A stretch of DNA of 64,000 nt from positions 64,349 through 128,348 of the forward strand of contig CAVZFP010000009.1 of NCBI GenBank assembly GCA_963774565.1, read 5' to 3'. The DNA is from an uncultured Acidobacteriaceae bacterium (GTDB taxonomy: Bacteria; Acidobacteriota; Terriglobia; Terriglobales; Acidobacteriaceae). The first letter of the stretch is position 1; each line of letters opens with the position of its first letter. The position numbers and the translations under genes are program-made. Below are positions 42,695 through 52,845 of the stretch, piece by piece. The notes below the pieces were generated by a model. It did not search any database, had not been told where the DNA came from, and saw nothing but the letters and a program-made list of their open reading frames with translations.

Positions 42695-44183
42695 TTAGCT
42701 GGATGAGTTTTCGGATGGCACCGAGTCCGTGGCAGGCTCCTCGTCCCCTGCAGGCACGAGTTCGAATTTCTTCAGTTTGTAACGCAAGGCGTCGCGGCTG
42801 ATGTCGAGTAGGCGGGCGGCGTGGGTCTGATTGCCATTGGCTTGTCGCATGGCGAGTTCGACCATGGCGCGCTCCACCTCTTCCAAAGATGTGCCTTCCT
42901 CGGGAATGTAGAGCCGGGGCAGCACGCGGCCATTCGGAAGTTGCTTGCCCGCGCCATCACCCGGCGTGCTGCTGGCCTCAAAGGCCGTCAAGCCGCCGCG
43001 AGCCGCTTCGCCCACCGCGAACGGCATGTAGACCGGCCGCAGAATGAATTCGTCTTCCAGGATCATGGCGCGCTCGATCGAGTTCTTGAGCTCACGCACG
43101 TTTCCAGGCCAGTTGTGAGCGAGCAGTAACCGGCGGGTCTCGCGCGTCGATGCCACGCACGGACTTCTTGAACTTGCGGTTATACCAGTTGATGAAGAAG
43201 TCGACCAGAGGCAGAATATCTTCGGTGCGCTCGCGCAGCGGCGGAATGAAGATAGCGATGATGGCCAGCCGGTAATAGAGATCCTGGCGGAAATGGCCTT
43301 CGCGTACCGCTTTTTCCAGATCGCGATTGGAGGCCGCGATTACGCGCACATCCACCTGCATATCGCGTACGCCTCCTACCCGGCGAATCACTTGGTCTTC
43401 GAGTACGCGCAGCAGTTTGGCTTGCAGCAAGGGAGAGAGTTCGCCGATTTCATCCAGGAATAACGTGCCGCCATTGGCCGTTTCAAACAGGCCCTTCTTC
43501 ATCTGCTTGGCGTCGGTGAAGGCGCCTCGTTCGTGGCCGAAGAGTTCAGCTTCCATCAGAGTCTCGGGAATGGCCGAACAGTTGATGGCGACAAATGGGC
43601 CGTGCTGGCGGGAGCTATCGTAGTGGATCGTTTTGGCGATCAGGTCTTTGCCGGTACCGCTCTCACCTTGAATCAGAATGGTGGTGGCCTCGCTGGCAGC
43701 AACCTTTTGCACGAAGTTCATCAGTTCTGTTGTTTTCGGCGAAACCGCAACGACTTCGTGATAGCCCGTGCTCCGGCGCACTTCCCCGCGCAGAGACTGG
43801 ACTTCGGTGCGCAAGCGGGAAGCTTCCAGCGCATTCTGGATGGTGACGTGTAATTCCTCGAAATCCAGGGGCTTACCGATGAAGTCGTAAGCACCCAGTT
43901 TAAGCGCGGTTTTGACGTCGTCCAGTTGAGGATCGGCCGTAATCATGATCACGGCGGGGGCGTCGGGACTTTTCTTAAGCTGTTCGAGAACTTGTATTCC
44001 GTTCAAATCTGGCAGGCGCACGTCAAGCAGAACCAAGTCGGGAGACTCGTGCTGCGCGAGGCGAAGTCCGGGGTCGCCGGCCGCGGCTTCGACAACCTGG
44101 TATCCCCACTCTTCGCACTTCTGACGCAGCGACCAGCGCACCAGGCGCTCGTCGTCAATCACCAGAATCTTCTCGGCTGGCAT
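42695..44183 (-). CDS. Sigma54-dependent response regulator (NtrC family: REC, AAA+, Fis-type HTH), with one apparent frameshift (~43150)
   Basis: ORF 43092-44183 carries the receiver DLVLLDVRLPDLNG, Walker A GESGTGK, the GAFTDA sigma54-contact loop and VRVIAASN. ORF 42695-43156 carries NWPGNVRELKNSIERA and the HTH AARLLDISRDALRYKLKKF. Confidence 0.9.
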
Positions 44184-44258
44184 GCTCTTTTAGCTTACTA
44201 CGGAAGGGGCTGGGGATGGCACGCGGGCTTGTTCTAGTCGTGCCCAGGCTGCGGATGG

Positions 44259-44459
44259 CTAGTACGTTGGGATCGGGTCTTCGATTGGCGGGAAATCCTC
44301 GTCCAAACACCTAAGTTTTTTCAGCAACGATAGCAGTTCGTCCCCGCGGGCGGGCCCAGTCTTAACTTCCTCATATCTATTCCGGGTATTAATCGCTGCC
44401 GCTAGTTCCGGTAGCGCTGGGACCGCGGGCCGCGTTTCCTCTGGAACGCGTTCTAGCAC
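44259..44459 (-). CDS. Possible small hypothetical protein (66 aa)
   Basis: This rests only on the ORF track. The composition is acidic and non-repetitive (MLERVPEETRPAVPALPELAAAINTRNRYEEVKTGPARGDELLSLLKKL...). There is no clear RBS. Confidence 0.2.
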   Translation of the reverse strand: MLERVPEETRPAVPALPELAAAINTRNRYEEVKTGPARGDELLSLLKKLRCLDEDFPPIEDPIPTY

Positions 44460-44595
44460 AATAAACGGGGGAAGCCACCACTTTGCGGCAGAAGTCCGCG
44501 AGTGCTACGGCGATGTTTCACCATCAATGGAGCGGTCTGATCGCAGCAGCGATTACCGAAGACAGCTAGCCTGACGTACCCTTCCCGGTGTCCAA

Positions 44596-45191
44596 TTGAA
44601 TTGCGTGCGTCCACCCCCATCCACAACGGCTTCCGCAAAGGTTTCGAAGCCTTGGAGGATTACCCTCCCGGCTTTAATGTTAGTCTTCTCCGCGCTTCTC
44701 ATGCTGCTTGCCACAAAGGAACAGCCGATGCTGCGAAAGATGGGCACGGACTGGGAAACACCAGCTACGATTGTCAATTCCCTAATCAATGGCCCCGGCT
44801 ATTATCTGACCGCTCCGATTCCGATACCGATACCACTCGCTCTGAACGAACGGCTCATGACGGAAGTAGGTTACTCGGGATCGCCGTTTTCTGGTTCCTG
44901 ATCGGATTGTCAATTGACAGGCGAAGGCGCGGTCAGAGCCTTGAACAGCAACATCCAATTCCGATTGGGGTTTGGTTTACGTTTTGTGCTCTTGTCTGCG
45001 GCGTTCTTGGTTTTGGTCTGGCAGTCGTTGAATTTCGCAATGCAGGCTTCTGGGGCCTTATCGCCAAATATCCACTTCGATCTACCGGCTCGATGGCGCT
45101 GGGTTTCGTCGTCTGGTTGCCAGTGTTCTGCGGTTACTTTTGTAGAAGGGCACTCATCGCCGCACGGCAGAGCCTTAAACCAAGAGCCTGA
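44596..45191 (+). CDS. Hypothetical membrane protein, with one apparent frameshift (~44880); start uncertain
   Basis: ORF 44596-44901 (TM LPALMLVFSALLMLLA...) continues into ORF 44601-45191 (LLGIAVFWFLIGLSIDRRRRG...IGVWFTFCALVCGVLGFGLAVVEF...ALGFVVWLPVFCGYFC). Confidence 0.35.
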
Positions 45192-45313
45192 CGCTCACAC
45201 GTCCGCCCACTGAGATGTTGATTTTTTCCAATCATCGCTAACTGGCCCTTACCGCTCAATGACGTGATTGGTACGCTAGGAAAACGTTCCGCGTACCTCG
45301 TTTCAGTAGGAAC

Positions 45314-46579
45314 CTAGGACGAAGAAACTGGCGCAGCCGCCCTATGCAGCGGCAGAATCACGGCAAACGTTGTGCCCTTGCCGACCGCGCTGGTGACGTC
45401 GATGCGGCCTTGGTGATCTTCCACGATGCGGCGGGCTAGCGACAATCCCAGGCCCGTGCCGTCGCCTTTGGTGGTGTAGAAGGGCCGGAAGATGTTGGGC
45501 AGGTGATCGGCCGGGATGCCACGGCCATTGTCGGCCACTTCGACCACGGCGGTGGCTCCAAGGGGCTTTACGGTGACCGTGATTTTGCCGTTCGCGTCGA
45601 TCGCCTGCAGAGCATTCAACAGCAGGTTCAGCAGCACTTGGTGGATCTGATCGCTATCGTGCTCGACTTCCGGCAAGGCGGGATCTTTGTGGAGCGTGAT
45701 GTCGAAGGACTTAGCCAGCGCCTGCTGGCGGCCCAGCATCACGGCATGTTCGACCGTAATATTCAGGTCACTCTTGCGAACCTTGGGAGGATGCGGCCGG
45801 GCAGTCTGCAGGAGATCGGTGACGATGTGATTGATGCGTGCGATTTCCTGGCGGACGTCTTTGACCACGGTGCGCGCCGGGCTGCTTACGGGCAGATCAC
45901 GACCAATAATTTCGATGACGCCGGCAATCCCCGCCAGAGGGTTGCGGATTTCATGGGCCAGTCCTGTCGCCATCTCTCCCAGAGTGGCGAGGTGCTCGGC
46001 GCGCGACATTTGCGTGCGGTGCAGGCGTTCGATCTCAGCCCGGCTTTCGCGGAGCTGCATTACCATCTGATTGAAGTTGCGGCCGAGGTCGCCGATCTCG
46101 TCGTTGCGCCGGGCGAAACTCACGGCCACGGTGAGATCGCCGCCGCCGAGCCGAGCGATCTTCTGCTGCAGTTCGACCATGGGGCGCTGCACCGTGTAGG
46201 TGAGCACAACGAGCAGTGCACCGCAAATTGCGACCGCCCCTGCTCCCGCGACTAACAGAACGATGTGGCGTTCGGGATCGCGCCAGGAGAGCGTGGCCAG
46301 CAAGAACAGCAGCATTCCGCCCAGCAACACGCAGGCAATCGGCACCAGCGCCTTGATCTCCCAGTTGATGCGAAGCCAGGGAAGTTCGGGATCCTCAGGC
46401 TTGGTTCCAGGCGTGGCGGAAGCGTCCGCAACCGGTCCAGTCGAGATAGGATCCGTCAGCAATGCTGCTCCCGAATAGGCTGTACTAAAAAAGCCGGCAC
46501 GCGAGCGAGCAGAGCTGGACGCAGGGACCTCATCAGTCGGAATGTCTGGACTCGTTGGTTTCGTCATGGTCTCAGGCAT
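45314..46579 (-). CDS. Sensor histidine kinase (2 TM, HAMP, HisKA, HATPase_c) with almost no periplasmic loop
   Basis: Intact 421-aa ORF. It has a HAMP-like [20 protein letters not shown], the H-box [12 protein letters not shown], the N-box LLNLLLNA, the G1 motif DNGRGI and the G2 motif GTGLGLS. Its start overlaps the ccsA stop by 8 nt. Confidence 0.9.
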   Translation of the reverse strand: MPETMTKPTSPDIPTDEVPASSSARSRAGFFSTAYSGAALLTDPISTGPVADASATPGTKPEDPELPWLRINWEIKALVPIACVLLGGMLLFLLATLSWRDPERHIVLLVAGAGAVAICGALLVVLTYTVQRPMVELQQKIARLGGGDLTVAVSFARRNDEIGDLGRNFNQMVMQLRESRAEIERLHRTQMSRAEHLATLGEMATGLAHEIRNPLAGIAGVIEIIGRDLPVSSPARTVVKDVRQEIARINHIVTDLLQTARPHPPKVRKSDLNITVEHAVMLGRQQALAKSFDITLHKDPALPEVEHDSDQIHQVLLNLLLNALQAIDANGKITVTVKPLGATAVVEVADNGRGIPADHLPNIFRPFYTTKGDGTGLGLSLARRIVEDHQGRIDVTSAVGKGTTFAVILPLHRAAAPVSSS

Positions 46580-47969
46580 ACGCGTGCAGTCCTGGAAGCA
46601 AGTAGGTCACGCCAAAGAAAGTGAACATCACCACCGCGAAGCCCAGGATGGCGAAGTAGGCCGCGCGCCGGCCGCGCCAGCCGCGGGTGATGCGCATGTG
46701 CAGGTAGCCGGCATAGACCAGCCAAGTAATCGCCGCCCACGTCTCCTTGGGGTCCCAATTCCAGTAGGACCCCCAGGCCCGGTTGGCCCAGTAGGCGCCG
46801 GCGGCGATCATCAGGGTGAGCAGGGGGAATGCAATGCAAATTGTTTTGTAGGTAATTCGGTCGAGCGCGTCCGCATCCGGCAACAGGCGTTCCAGATCCT
46901 GGCGTCGCCAGAGCAGCAGAAGATAAAGCAGGTTAGCGAAGATTCCGCCGACCAGTGCGGAAAGAATGAACGGGCTCGCCGCCAGGCTGGTGGCATAGAG
47001 TCCGTCCGCATCGAGCGAGGGATACTGCCCGGAGCGTACTCGCAGCAGGAAAAATACCAGCGCCAGCGATTGCAACAGAATGCTGATGAAGACCGCGCGG
47101 TCGGCGAAGGCCAGCAACCCTTCATTTTTCTGGACTCGTGACAAAATGTAAAGCACGAGCGGCGCCAGCACCGCGGCGAACACCAGAAGCATCAGCCAGC
47201 CAAGGTCTGGAATCGTGACGAACAGCCGCACCCCACGCGAGACGAACACCTCGGCTTTGTTCTCCGCATCCCACGCGACCACGCTGAGCCCGCCCCACTT
47301 TTCGAAGCGCATCAAGACCGCGGCATAGATGCCAACGGTGAACACACTGGTCGCCGCCAGAAAGACCTCTGTCTTCATCTTGTCCTGGATCAGGAACATC
47401 ATGGCGAGCGCGAAGCTCAGGGCGCATGCCGCATATGCCAGCATGGCGAGGGTCACATGCACGTGCAGCCACGTCGATTGCAACGCCGGTACGAGCGGGC
47501 GCACTTCGCTGGGCAGAAGCTGCATCAAGATAACACCCACAATGGCGACCGGCATGGTCACGGTGCCGATGACTTTTACCCCGTAACGTTTCTCGGCGAT
47601 CAGGGTCAGCGCCGCCAGCGTCCACACGAAGCTCAGCAGCATTTCATAGACGCTGGCGAATGGCGGATGCCCCGCTTCATACCAGCGATGGGCCACGGCT
47701 CCAGTGTTGACCAGCAGTCCAGCCCATGTCATGAGCGATGCGAACTTGATGTAGGAATCGGTCCCGGTCACGCCAAAGCCAAGATACAGAGCTCCCGCGC
47801 CAGCGTAGAAAACCAGCGCGGCATACAGCAGGTTGGCCTCACTCAGAAGGCTTCCGCTTTTGATCACATTCAGAAAAGCCATGAACAGCAGGAACGCCAT
47901 TCCCAACCCCACCATCACGATCAGCGTATTGCCGGTCGCGGGATGCTGTTCAACGTTTGCGCGTGCCAT
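46572..47969 (-). CDS. ccsA: Cytochrome c biogenesis protein CcsA/ResC (system II haem-handling subunit)
   Basis: Intact 465-aa polytopic ORF with the Trp-rich WWD-type motif [14 protein letters not shown] and conserved His residues. Confidence 0.9.
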   Translation of the reverse strand: MARANVEQHPATGNTLIVMVGLGMAFLLFMAFLNVIKSGSLLSEANLLYAALVFYAGAGALYLGFGVTGTDSYIKFASLMTWAGLLVNTGAVAHRWYEAGHPPFASVYEMLLSFVWTLAALTLIAEKRYGVKVIGTVTMPVAIVGVILMQLLPSEVRPLVPALQSTWLHVHVTLAMLAYAACALSFALAMMFLIQDKMKTEVFLAATSVFTVGIYAAVLMRFEKWGGLSVVAWDAENKAEVFVSRGVRLFVTIPDLGWLMLLVFAAVLAPLVLYILSRVQKNEGLLAFADRAVFISILLQSLALVFFLLRVRSGQYPSLDADGLYATSLAASPFILSALVGGIFANLLYLLLLWRRQDLERLLPDADALDRITYKTICIAFPLLTLMIAAGAYWANRAWGSYWNWDPKETWAAITWLVYAGYLHMRITRGWRGRRAAYFAILGFAVVMFTFFGVTYLLPGLHAYA

Positions 47970-47990
47970 ACACTTCCTCCGTAGCCGGAC

Positions 47991-49457
47991 TCACCTTCCG
48001 GCGATCGATGTTCTGGCGATCGATGTGGCCTGTGCCTGGGCCGAAGCCACGATCTCGGTTTCCAATTCCTTCTGAATCTCTTTCACCACGTTCTTGAACT
48101 TATGTTCGAAGGCGTCGCGGTTACGGTTCGCCGTGCCACCGACCCACAGCGCCGCGCGGCCGCGCGCATCGACTACGGGAACGACCCAGAACCGCATGTG
48201 AACCACGTAGAAAACAAAGGTCAGGCCGATTGCCATCAACACGACGCCAGCCCAAACCGCCCACTGGCCGGGTTCGTGCGAGACCTGCAGTCCGGTGTAG
48301 AGCCCGGTCTTCAAGTCCTTGGGGTCGAAAATGTAGGGGGAGGACGCGTTCTCGTCGACGCCCGGAATGTCGGGCAGCCACACGTTCACGCTGGTGTTCG
48401 CTTTCTTCGAAGTCACGACCAGGTGGACCGCGGGGTTCACGACGTCTCTACTGCGGGCGTAAACCCGGCCGTCCTGCACCACGAAGTCAGGGATGAACTC
48501 CACCAGTTGCACGCTGGTGTCGGCATCGAGGGCGACGGTCTGATTCATGGCCAATGAAATTTCCTGCGGAGTGCGCGTGGCGCCGCGGGCGGGAGTCGCG
48601 TTCAGTATCAGTTGATCGAGCTTGCCAGTGCGGCCATAGCTGGCCTGATAAAAGCGCAGCCCCTGATAAACCAGTGGGTCGTTGACCACAATTTCTTTGC
48701 GCGCGATCTCGCGGCCGCCGTCCACCACGGCAAGCTTCGACCACCAACGCTTGGGAGTGCCGTCGGCGTAGGTCTCTTCGCCGGTGCCATCGCAGCGGAT
48801 GGAGAACGGAATGGTCTGCAGAGAGCCGTTCTTGAGTTCGATCTGGTTGCTTGCGCTTCCCGGCGTCAGCATCAGGAATCCGCGCCATCCGTAGAGCGAG
48901 TCCACAATGAAGCCCAGGAAAATCAGCAGCAGGCTGGCGTGAACGATGTAGACGCCCATCTCGGAAATACGATTGCGCTCCGCGAACAACGAGAAGCTGT
49001 CGGTGCGTACGATCCGTTCGGCTTTCAGTCCCAGGTGGCGGAAGGCGCGCTCGGCTGCGCTCAACGCTTGCTCGTCATCGGCCACTGCAATTAGCGCCTG
49101 CGTCGGCAGAACCTTGCGGAAACTTTCATCAGGACTCTTATAAGGACGGGCGAAGTAGCGCCATGCGTTCGGGAATCGCTGCACCGACGCTGCGATGATG
49201 CTCAAGCTGACCAGAATCATCAGGGCGACGAACCAGCGCGTGTGGAAGATGTCAGTCAGGCCCGTGACATCGAGGAAGCGCAGCATCGCCGGGGAGTAAG
49301 CGCGCTGCATGTCATCGGGGTCGGTGATCGGACGCTGCAAGATGACCGTACCCGCAGCGGAAAGGATGACCACCAGGATAATCAGAACTACGCCCGTCTT
49401 AATGGAACTAAGTGTCTGCCAGATTTTGCGGACCGCGGAGCGAAGTGACTGGGCCAT
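47991..49457 (-). CDS. resB: Cytochrome c biogenesis protein ResB/Ccs1 (system II)
   Basis: Intact 488-aa ORF. It has the N-terminal TM GVVLIILVVILSAAGTV, a large soluble loop and a C-terminal TM pair, and lies immediately upstream of ccsA. Confidence 0.85.
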   Translation of the reverse strand: MAQSLRSAVRKIWQTLSSIKTGVVLIILVVILSAAGTVILQRPITDPDDMQRAYSPAMLRFLDVTGLTDIFHTRWFVALMILVSLSIIAASVQRFPNAWRYFARPYKSPDESFRKVLPTQALIAVADDEQALSAAERAFRHLGLKAERIVRTDSFSLFAERNRISEMGVYIVHASLLLIFLGFIVDSLYGWRGFLMLTPGSASNQIELKNGSLQTIPFSIRCDGTGEETYADGTPKRWWSKLAVVDGGREIARKEIVVNDPLVYQGLRFYQASYGRTGKLDQLILNATPARGATRTPQEISLAMNQTVALDADTSVQLVEFIPDFVVQDGRVYARSRDVVNPAVHLVVTSKKANTSVNVWLPDIPGVDENASSPYIFDPKDLKTGLYTGLQVSHEPGQWAVWAGVVLMAIGLTFVFYVVHMRFWVVPVVDARGRAALWVGGTANRNRDAFEHKFKNVVKEIQKELETEIVASAQAQATSIARTSIAGR

Positions 49458-49635
49458 ATCTTTCCTTTCCCTTCATTCGGACAATGCACGTTCCGCTCCA
49501 ACTTCGTGCAATCCCCACAATTCGTTTTGGTTCAACGGGTTGCGCTGCGGGGTGAGTATTTGTGTCCGACCGCGGTTGAGCCATTACACTCACGTGCGAA
49601 GTTGGTGCGCTGCGTTTTCACCCACCGCTCAAGTG

Positions 49636-49651
49636 TGTGATTTCAATCACA
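49636..49651. promoter_or_regulatory. Perfect CRP/FNR-family palindrome TGTGA-N6-TCACA in the divergent resB / 16-haem cytochrome control region
   Basis: tgtgatttcaatcaca is a 7-2-7 perfect inverted repeat. It also contains the FNR-like TGAT-N4-ATCA core. It lies ~180 nt from each divergent start codon. Confidence 0.5.
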
Positions 49652-49828
49652 AAAGCGGATAAGGGGCGTGCGTTATTTCCACCAGTGGGAGTGCGGCAGA
49701 AAGCCCATTCAGGGCTGGACTCGGGTCTGTGAAAATTCGCAACATCGATAGCCCCACCCTTGAAGTGACTGTGAGGCAAACACTTACAGATTCTTAGAGA
49801 GCCAGTCGCCCGCGGCCAAAATTAGGAG

Positions 49829-51370
49829 ATGTTCGTGCAAAAGCTAAGGTACATGGTCCCAGAGGTCCAAAATCGCAAGGCTTCGGTAACCGGGCGGAAA
49901 CTGCAAACAGCCCTCCCTAAATTTGTATGGCTGTGCGGCTTCGTCCTCGCGATCGCGATCTCGCCGGCTGTAGCGAAAACCCACCCGGTCCCACTCGACA
50001 AGAATGTGGATGCGGCGAAATGCATCGAGTGCCATGAGGACAAGACCAAAGGCAAGGCGGTTCACTCGGCCATCGCTACCGGATGCCTGAGCTGCCATGA
50101 AGTCCGGGTCAATAACGACGTCACACGCGTCAAGCTGACGGCGACCACTCCTTACAAGCTTTGCCTCACTTGTCACACCGAGAAGGACGCCAGCCAGATT
50201 AAGGGCACGATCCACAAGCCTGCAGTTCGTGATTGCCTGACCTGCCACGATCCACATGCCACCGATTTCAAGAACCAACTGTTGAAAGCGACGTCTGGCG
50301 AGAAGAAAGACAATCTCTGCCTCACGTGCCATAACCAGGGCGAGAATGTTCCCGCGAAGGGCAGCCGTCACGCCGCGCTCGACATGGGCTGCGACACCTG
50401 CCACACGACGCACAAGACTGGCCCCGAAGCCACTGTGCAGAATCAGTTCCACCTGACCAAGGCGACGCCGGCCCTTTGCATTGACTGCCACGACGTGAAG
50501 GACGCAGCACTGCAGAAGGCGCATCAGAATCAGCCCTTCGGTACCGCGAACTGCGTAAGCTGCCACGATCCTCACCAGTCTGCAGCGCCCAAGCTGATGG
50601 CGAAGTTCACTCATCCGCCCTTCGCCGACAAGAGCTGCGACACGTGTCATGCTGCGGCGAAAGACGGCAAAGTTGTGCTGACGCAAGCCAGCGCCAAAGA
50701 ACTCTGCGTCACCTGCCACTCCGATCAAGCCGAGCAGATCGCGAAGGCGAAAGTGCAACATCCCGGAGCGGCTGGAGATTGCACCGACTGCCACAATCCG
50801 CACGCCGGTAACACTCCAGGTTTTGTGCAACCCACACCGGTGGCCGCGTGCCTGAACTGCCACAGCGATCAGGCGGAACTGCAGAAGAACCCGCACCTGC
50901 ACCAGCCGGCTTTCCAGCAGGGATGCGCTACCTGTCACGAGCCTCACGGCGGCGACAACCAGCACCTGTTGCGTACCGCCAATGTGAATTCGCTCTGTCT
51001 CGAGTGCCACGGCCCGGATCGGGACCCCGGCAAACTGGAGAACGATCATCTGCTCACTATTTTCGAGGGCAAGGTGAAGCTGCCGGAAGACTACTTCAAG
51101 ACGAAGCGCCCGCCGGTGTTGCCGCTGCAGTATGGACTGGGGCATCCGACCGAGCGCCACCCGATTTCCGATGTTACGAACCCGACCACCAAGGCCGTCA
51201 CTGCGATGAATTGCTTGACTTGCCACCAGCCGCATGCGGGCGCCGACAACGGCATGCTGGTGAAGGACCAGGCGCCCAACATGCAATTCTGCCGCACCTG
51301 CCACAGCAATCCGATGGATCTGAAATCGGTCGGCGGCGGCAACGAAACAAAGGGCGGAGAGAAACGATAA
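49829..51370 (+). CDS. Multihaem c-type cytochrome with 16 CxxCH motifs (c7-like repeat architecture), exported
   Basis: Intact 513-aa ORF. An in-frame GTG at 49835 is better spaced from the aggag RBS. It has the signal peptide KFVWLCGFVLAIAISPAVA. I counted 16 CxxCH motifs, from CIECH to CRTCH. Confidence 0.9.
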   Translation: MFVQKLRYMVPEVQNRKASVTGRKLQTALPKFVWLCGFVLAIAISPAVAKTHPVPLDKNVDAAKCIECHEDKTKGKAVHSAIATGCLSCHEVRVNNDVTRVKLTATTPYKLCLTCHTEKDASQIKGTIHKPAVRDCLTCHDPHATDFKNQLLKATSGEKKDNLCLTCHNQGENVPAKGSRHAALDMGCDTCHTTHKTGPEATVQNQFHLTKATPALCIDCHDVKDAALQKAHQNQPFGTANCVSCHDPHQSAAPKLMAKFTHPPFADKSCDTCHAAAKDGKVVLTQASAKELCVTCHSDQAEQIAKAKVQHPGAAGDCTDCHNPHAGNTPGFVQPTPVAACLNCHSDQAELQKNPHLHQPAFQQGCATCHEPHGGDNQHLLRTANVNSLCLECHGPDRDPGKLENDHLLTIFEGKVKLPEDYFKTKRPPVLPLQYGLGHPTERHPISDVTNPTTKAVTAMNCLTCHQPHAGADNGMLVKDQAPNMQFCRTCHSNPMDLKSVGGGNETKGGEKR

Positions 51371-52659
51371 TGTCTGCACACCGCAAATCAAACTGCACCC
51401 GCAAGCTTTGGACTCTGATTCTGTTCGCTCTGGCGCTCGCCTCCGCGGTGCCGGCCCATGCGGACAAGAAGAAGTCTGCTCCGGCCACGGGAAACGTCAA
51501 GCTCGGCGATCAGCGCAGCAAGGCATATTTCGATCTCAGCAAGATCGTGTGGCCGAATCCTCCGGCGATCGCGCGGATTAAGTTTGTCGATCTGTTTACC
51601 GGACAGAAAGTCGATCCTAATCTGTTCTCCAAGAAGAACCAGAAGACGAAACAAAAATGGATGGACCGCCTGGCGGGCGACCAACAGACGGAAGAAATCA
51701 AAATCAAGGATCTGCCTTTCCAGTTAATCCGGACTTACGGAGTAGCGGTCGATTCCAAGGGCCTGATTTACGCTGCGGACCAAGGCGTGAGCGCGATCTT
51801 CATCTTCAACACCGAGACCAAGGCGGTCGAGCTGATTGCCAACGGAAAACAGGTGCATTTCGGCGCAGTGAGCGGCATGGCCCTAGATGACAACGATCGC
51901 CTGTTTGTGACTGACGTCGGTCTGCGCCGTGTTGACGTATTCAAGCCGGGAACGCACGAGTTGGAGACCGTTTTCGGTGGCGACGTCCTCGCCAAGCCCG
52001 CCAGTATCGCCATCGATACCGAGAACCGGTTTATCTATGTCGTTGACACGCAGAACGACGTGGTGGACGTGTTCGATGCCGACAGCTTCAAGCTGCTGCG
52101 GAAGATCGGCACGCCGAGCAAGAAGCACACGCTGACCGCCCCGGGAACTTTCTCCCTGCCGATGGGCGTCGCGGTTGACAAAGACGGCAATGTTTACGTC
52201 ACCGACACTTTCAACGACCGCATAGAGATCTTCGACGCCGACGGCGGTTTTATCAGCATGTTCGGCAAGAACGGCGATGGGCCCCAGGATTTTGAGCGGC
52301 CCAAGGGAATCGCGGTCGATGGCGATGGCCACATCTGGGTTGCGGATTCCGCTCAGGACCGGATCAAGGTTTTCGATAAAGACGGCCGCTTGCTGATTTA
52401 TTTCGGTGAGCACGGCGAATATCCCGGTCGCTTCATGGGCGTTTATGACATAGCGATTGACAAGAACAATCGGGTCTTCACTTCCGAAATGTTTCCCGGT
52501 CGCGTGCAGATGTTCCGTTACATCACCGACGAGGAAGCCGCTGCGGAAAAGAAGCGGCGCGAGGATGAGTCCGAACAGAAGCATCCCGCCGCTCCGGCAC
52601 AGAAGCCGGTCAGCGAAGCGGTGCAGAGTAACGCGGCAAAAGATTCTGCGGCGAAGTAA
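51370..52659 (+). CDS. NHL-repeat six-bladed beta-propeller protein, exported (429 aa)
   Basis: The ATG at 51370 overlaps the cytochrome stop as TAATG. It has the signal peptide KLWTLILFALALASAVPAHA and repeated NHL units (P.GIAVD..G.IYV.D....RI.VFD). The N-terminal 174 aa of ORF-track entry 50848-52659 is an out-of-frame overlap and is not part of the gene. Confidence 0.85.
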   Translation: MSAHRKSNCTRKLWTLILFALALASAVPAHADKKKSAPATGNVKLGDQRSKAYFDLSKIVWPNPPAIARIKFVDLFTGQKVDPNLFSKKNQKTKQKWMDRLAGDQQTEEIKIKDLPFQLIRTYGVAVDSKGLIYAADQGVSAIFIFNTETKAVELIANGKQVHFGAVSGMALDDNDRLFVTDVGLRRVDVFKPGTHELETVFGGDVLAKPASIAIDTENRFIYVVDTQNDVVDVFDADSFKLLRKIGTPSKKHTLTAPGTFSLPMGVAVDKDGNVYVTDTFNDRIEIFDADGGFISMFGKNGDGPQDFERPKGIAVDGDGHIWVADSAQDRIKVFDKDGRLLIYFGEHGEYPGRFMGVYDIAIDKNNRVFTSEMFPGRVQMFRYITDEEAAAEKKRREDESEQKHPAAPAQKPVSEAVQSNAAKDSAAK

Positions 52660-52845
52660 GGCAGTCTGAAGGAGCTTGCGATGAAAAGCGAAGCGAACAA
52701 CCGGTTGCAACGAGCCGCAACAAGTTCTCGGCAGTCCATGGCTGCCGAAGAACAAGCGTCGGGCAAAAGCCCGGCTCTTGGATCCAGACGTACTTGTACA
52801 GCTTTATTTGTGTTGCAGCACAATCCTAAGGAGGTTTCGAAACTT

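Noticed and set aside
44184-44600. A search for tRNA or tmRNA genes in the larger intergenic regions (44.2-44.6 kb, 39.5-39.9 kb, 49.5-49.8 kb, 61.4-61.65 kb).
   Set aside because: No GTTCGAATC-type T-loop with matching acceptor stems was seen in any of them.
49529-49543. A sigma54-like element tGG-ttcaacgggtt-GC upstream of the 16-haem cytochrome gene. Similar candidates are TGGCACG...TTGT at 44217-44232 and a minus-strand TGGTGGAAATAACGCA at 49669-49684.
   Set aside because: The first has GG-N11-GC spacing rather than N10. The second lacks the -12 GC. The third has correct spacing but poor flanks, and GG-N10-GC is frequent by chance in GC-rich DNA. None is convincing without a PSSM scan on polished sequence.
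50848-51369. N-terminal 174 aa of the 603-aa ORF 50848-52659, which would make a much larger NHL protein.
   Set aside because: This part is an out-of-frame read-through of the 16-haem cytochrome gene and is Arg/Pro-rich nonsense. The real NHL gene starts at the ATG at 51370 with a proper signal peptide.
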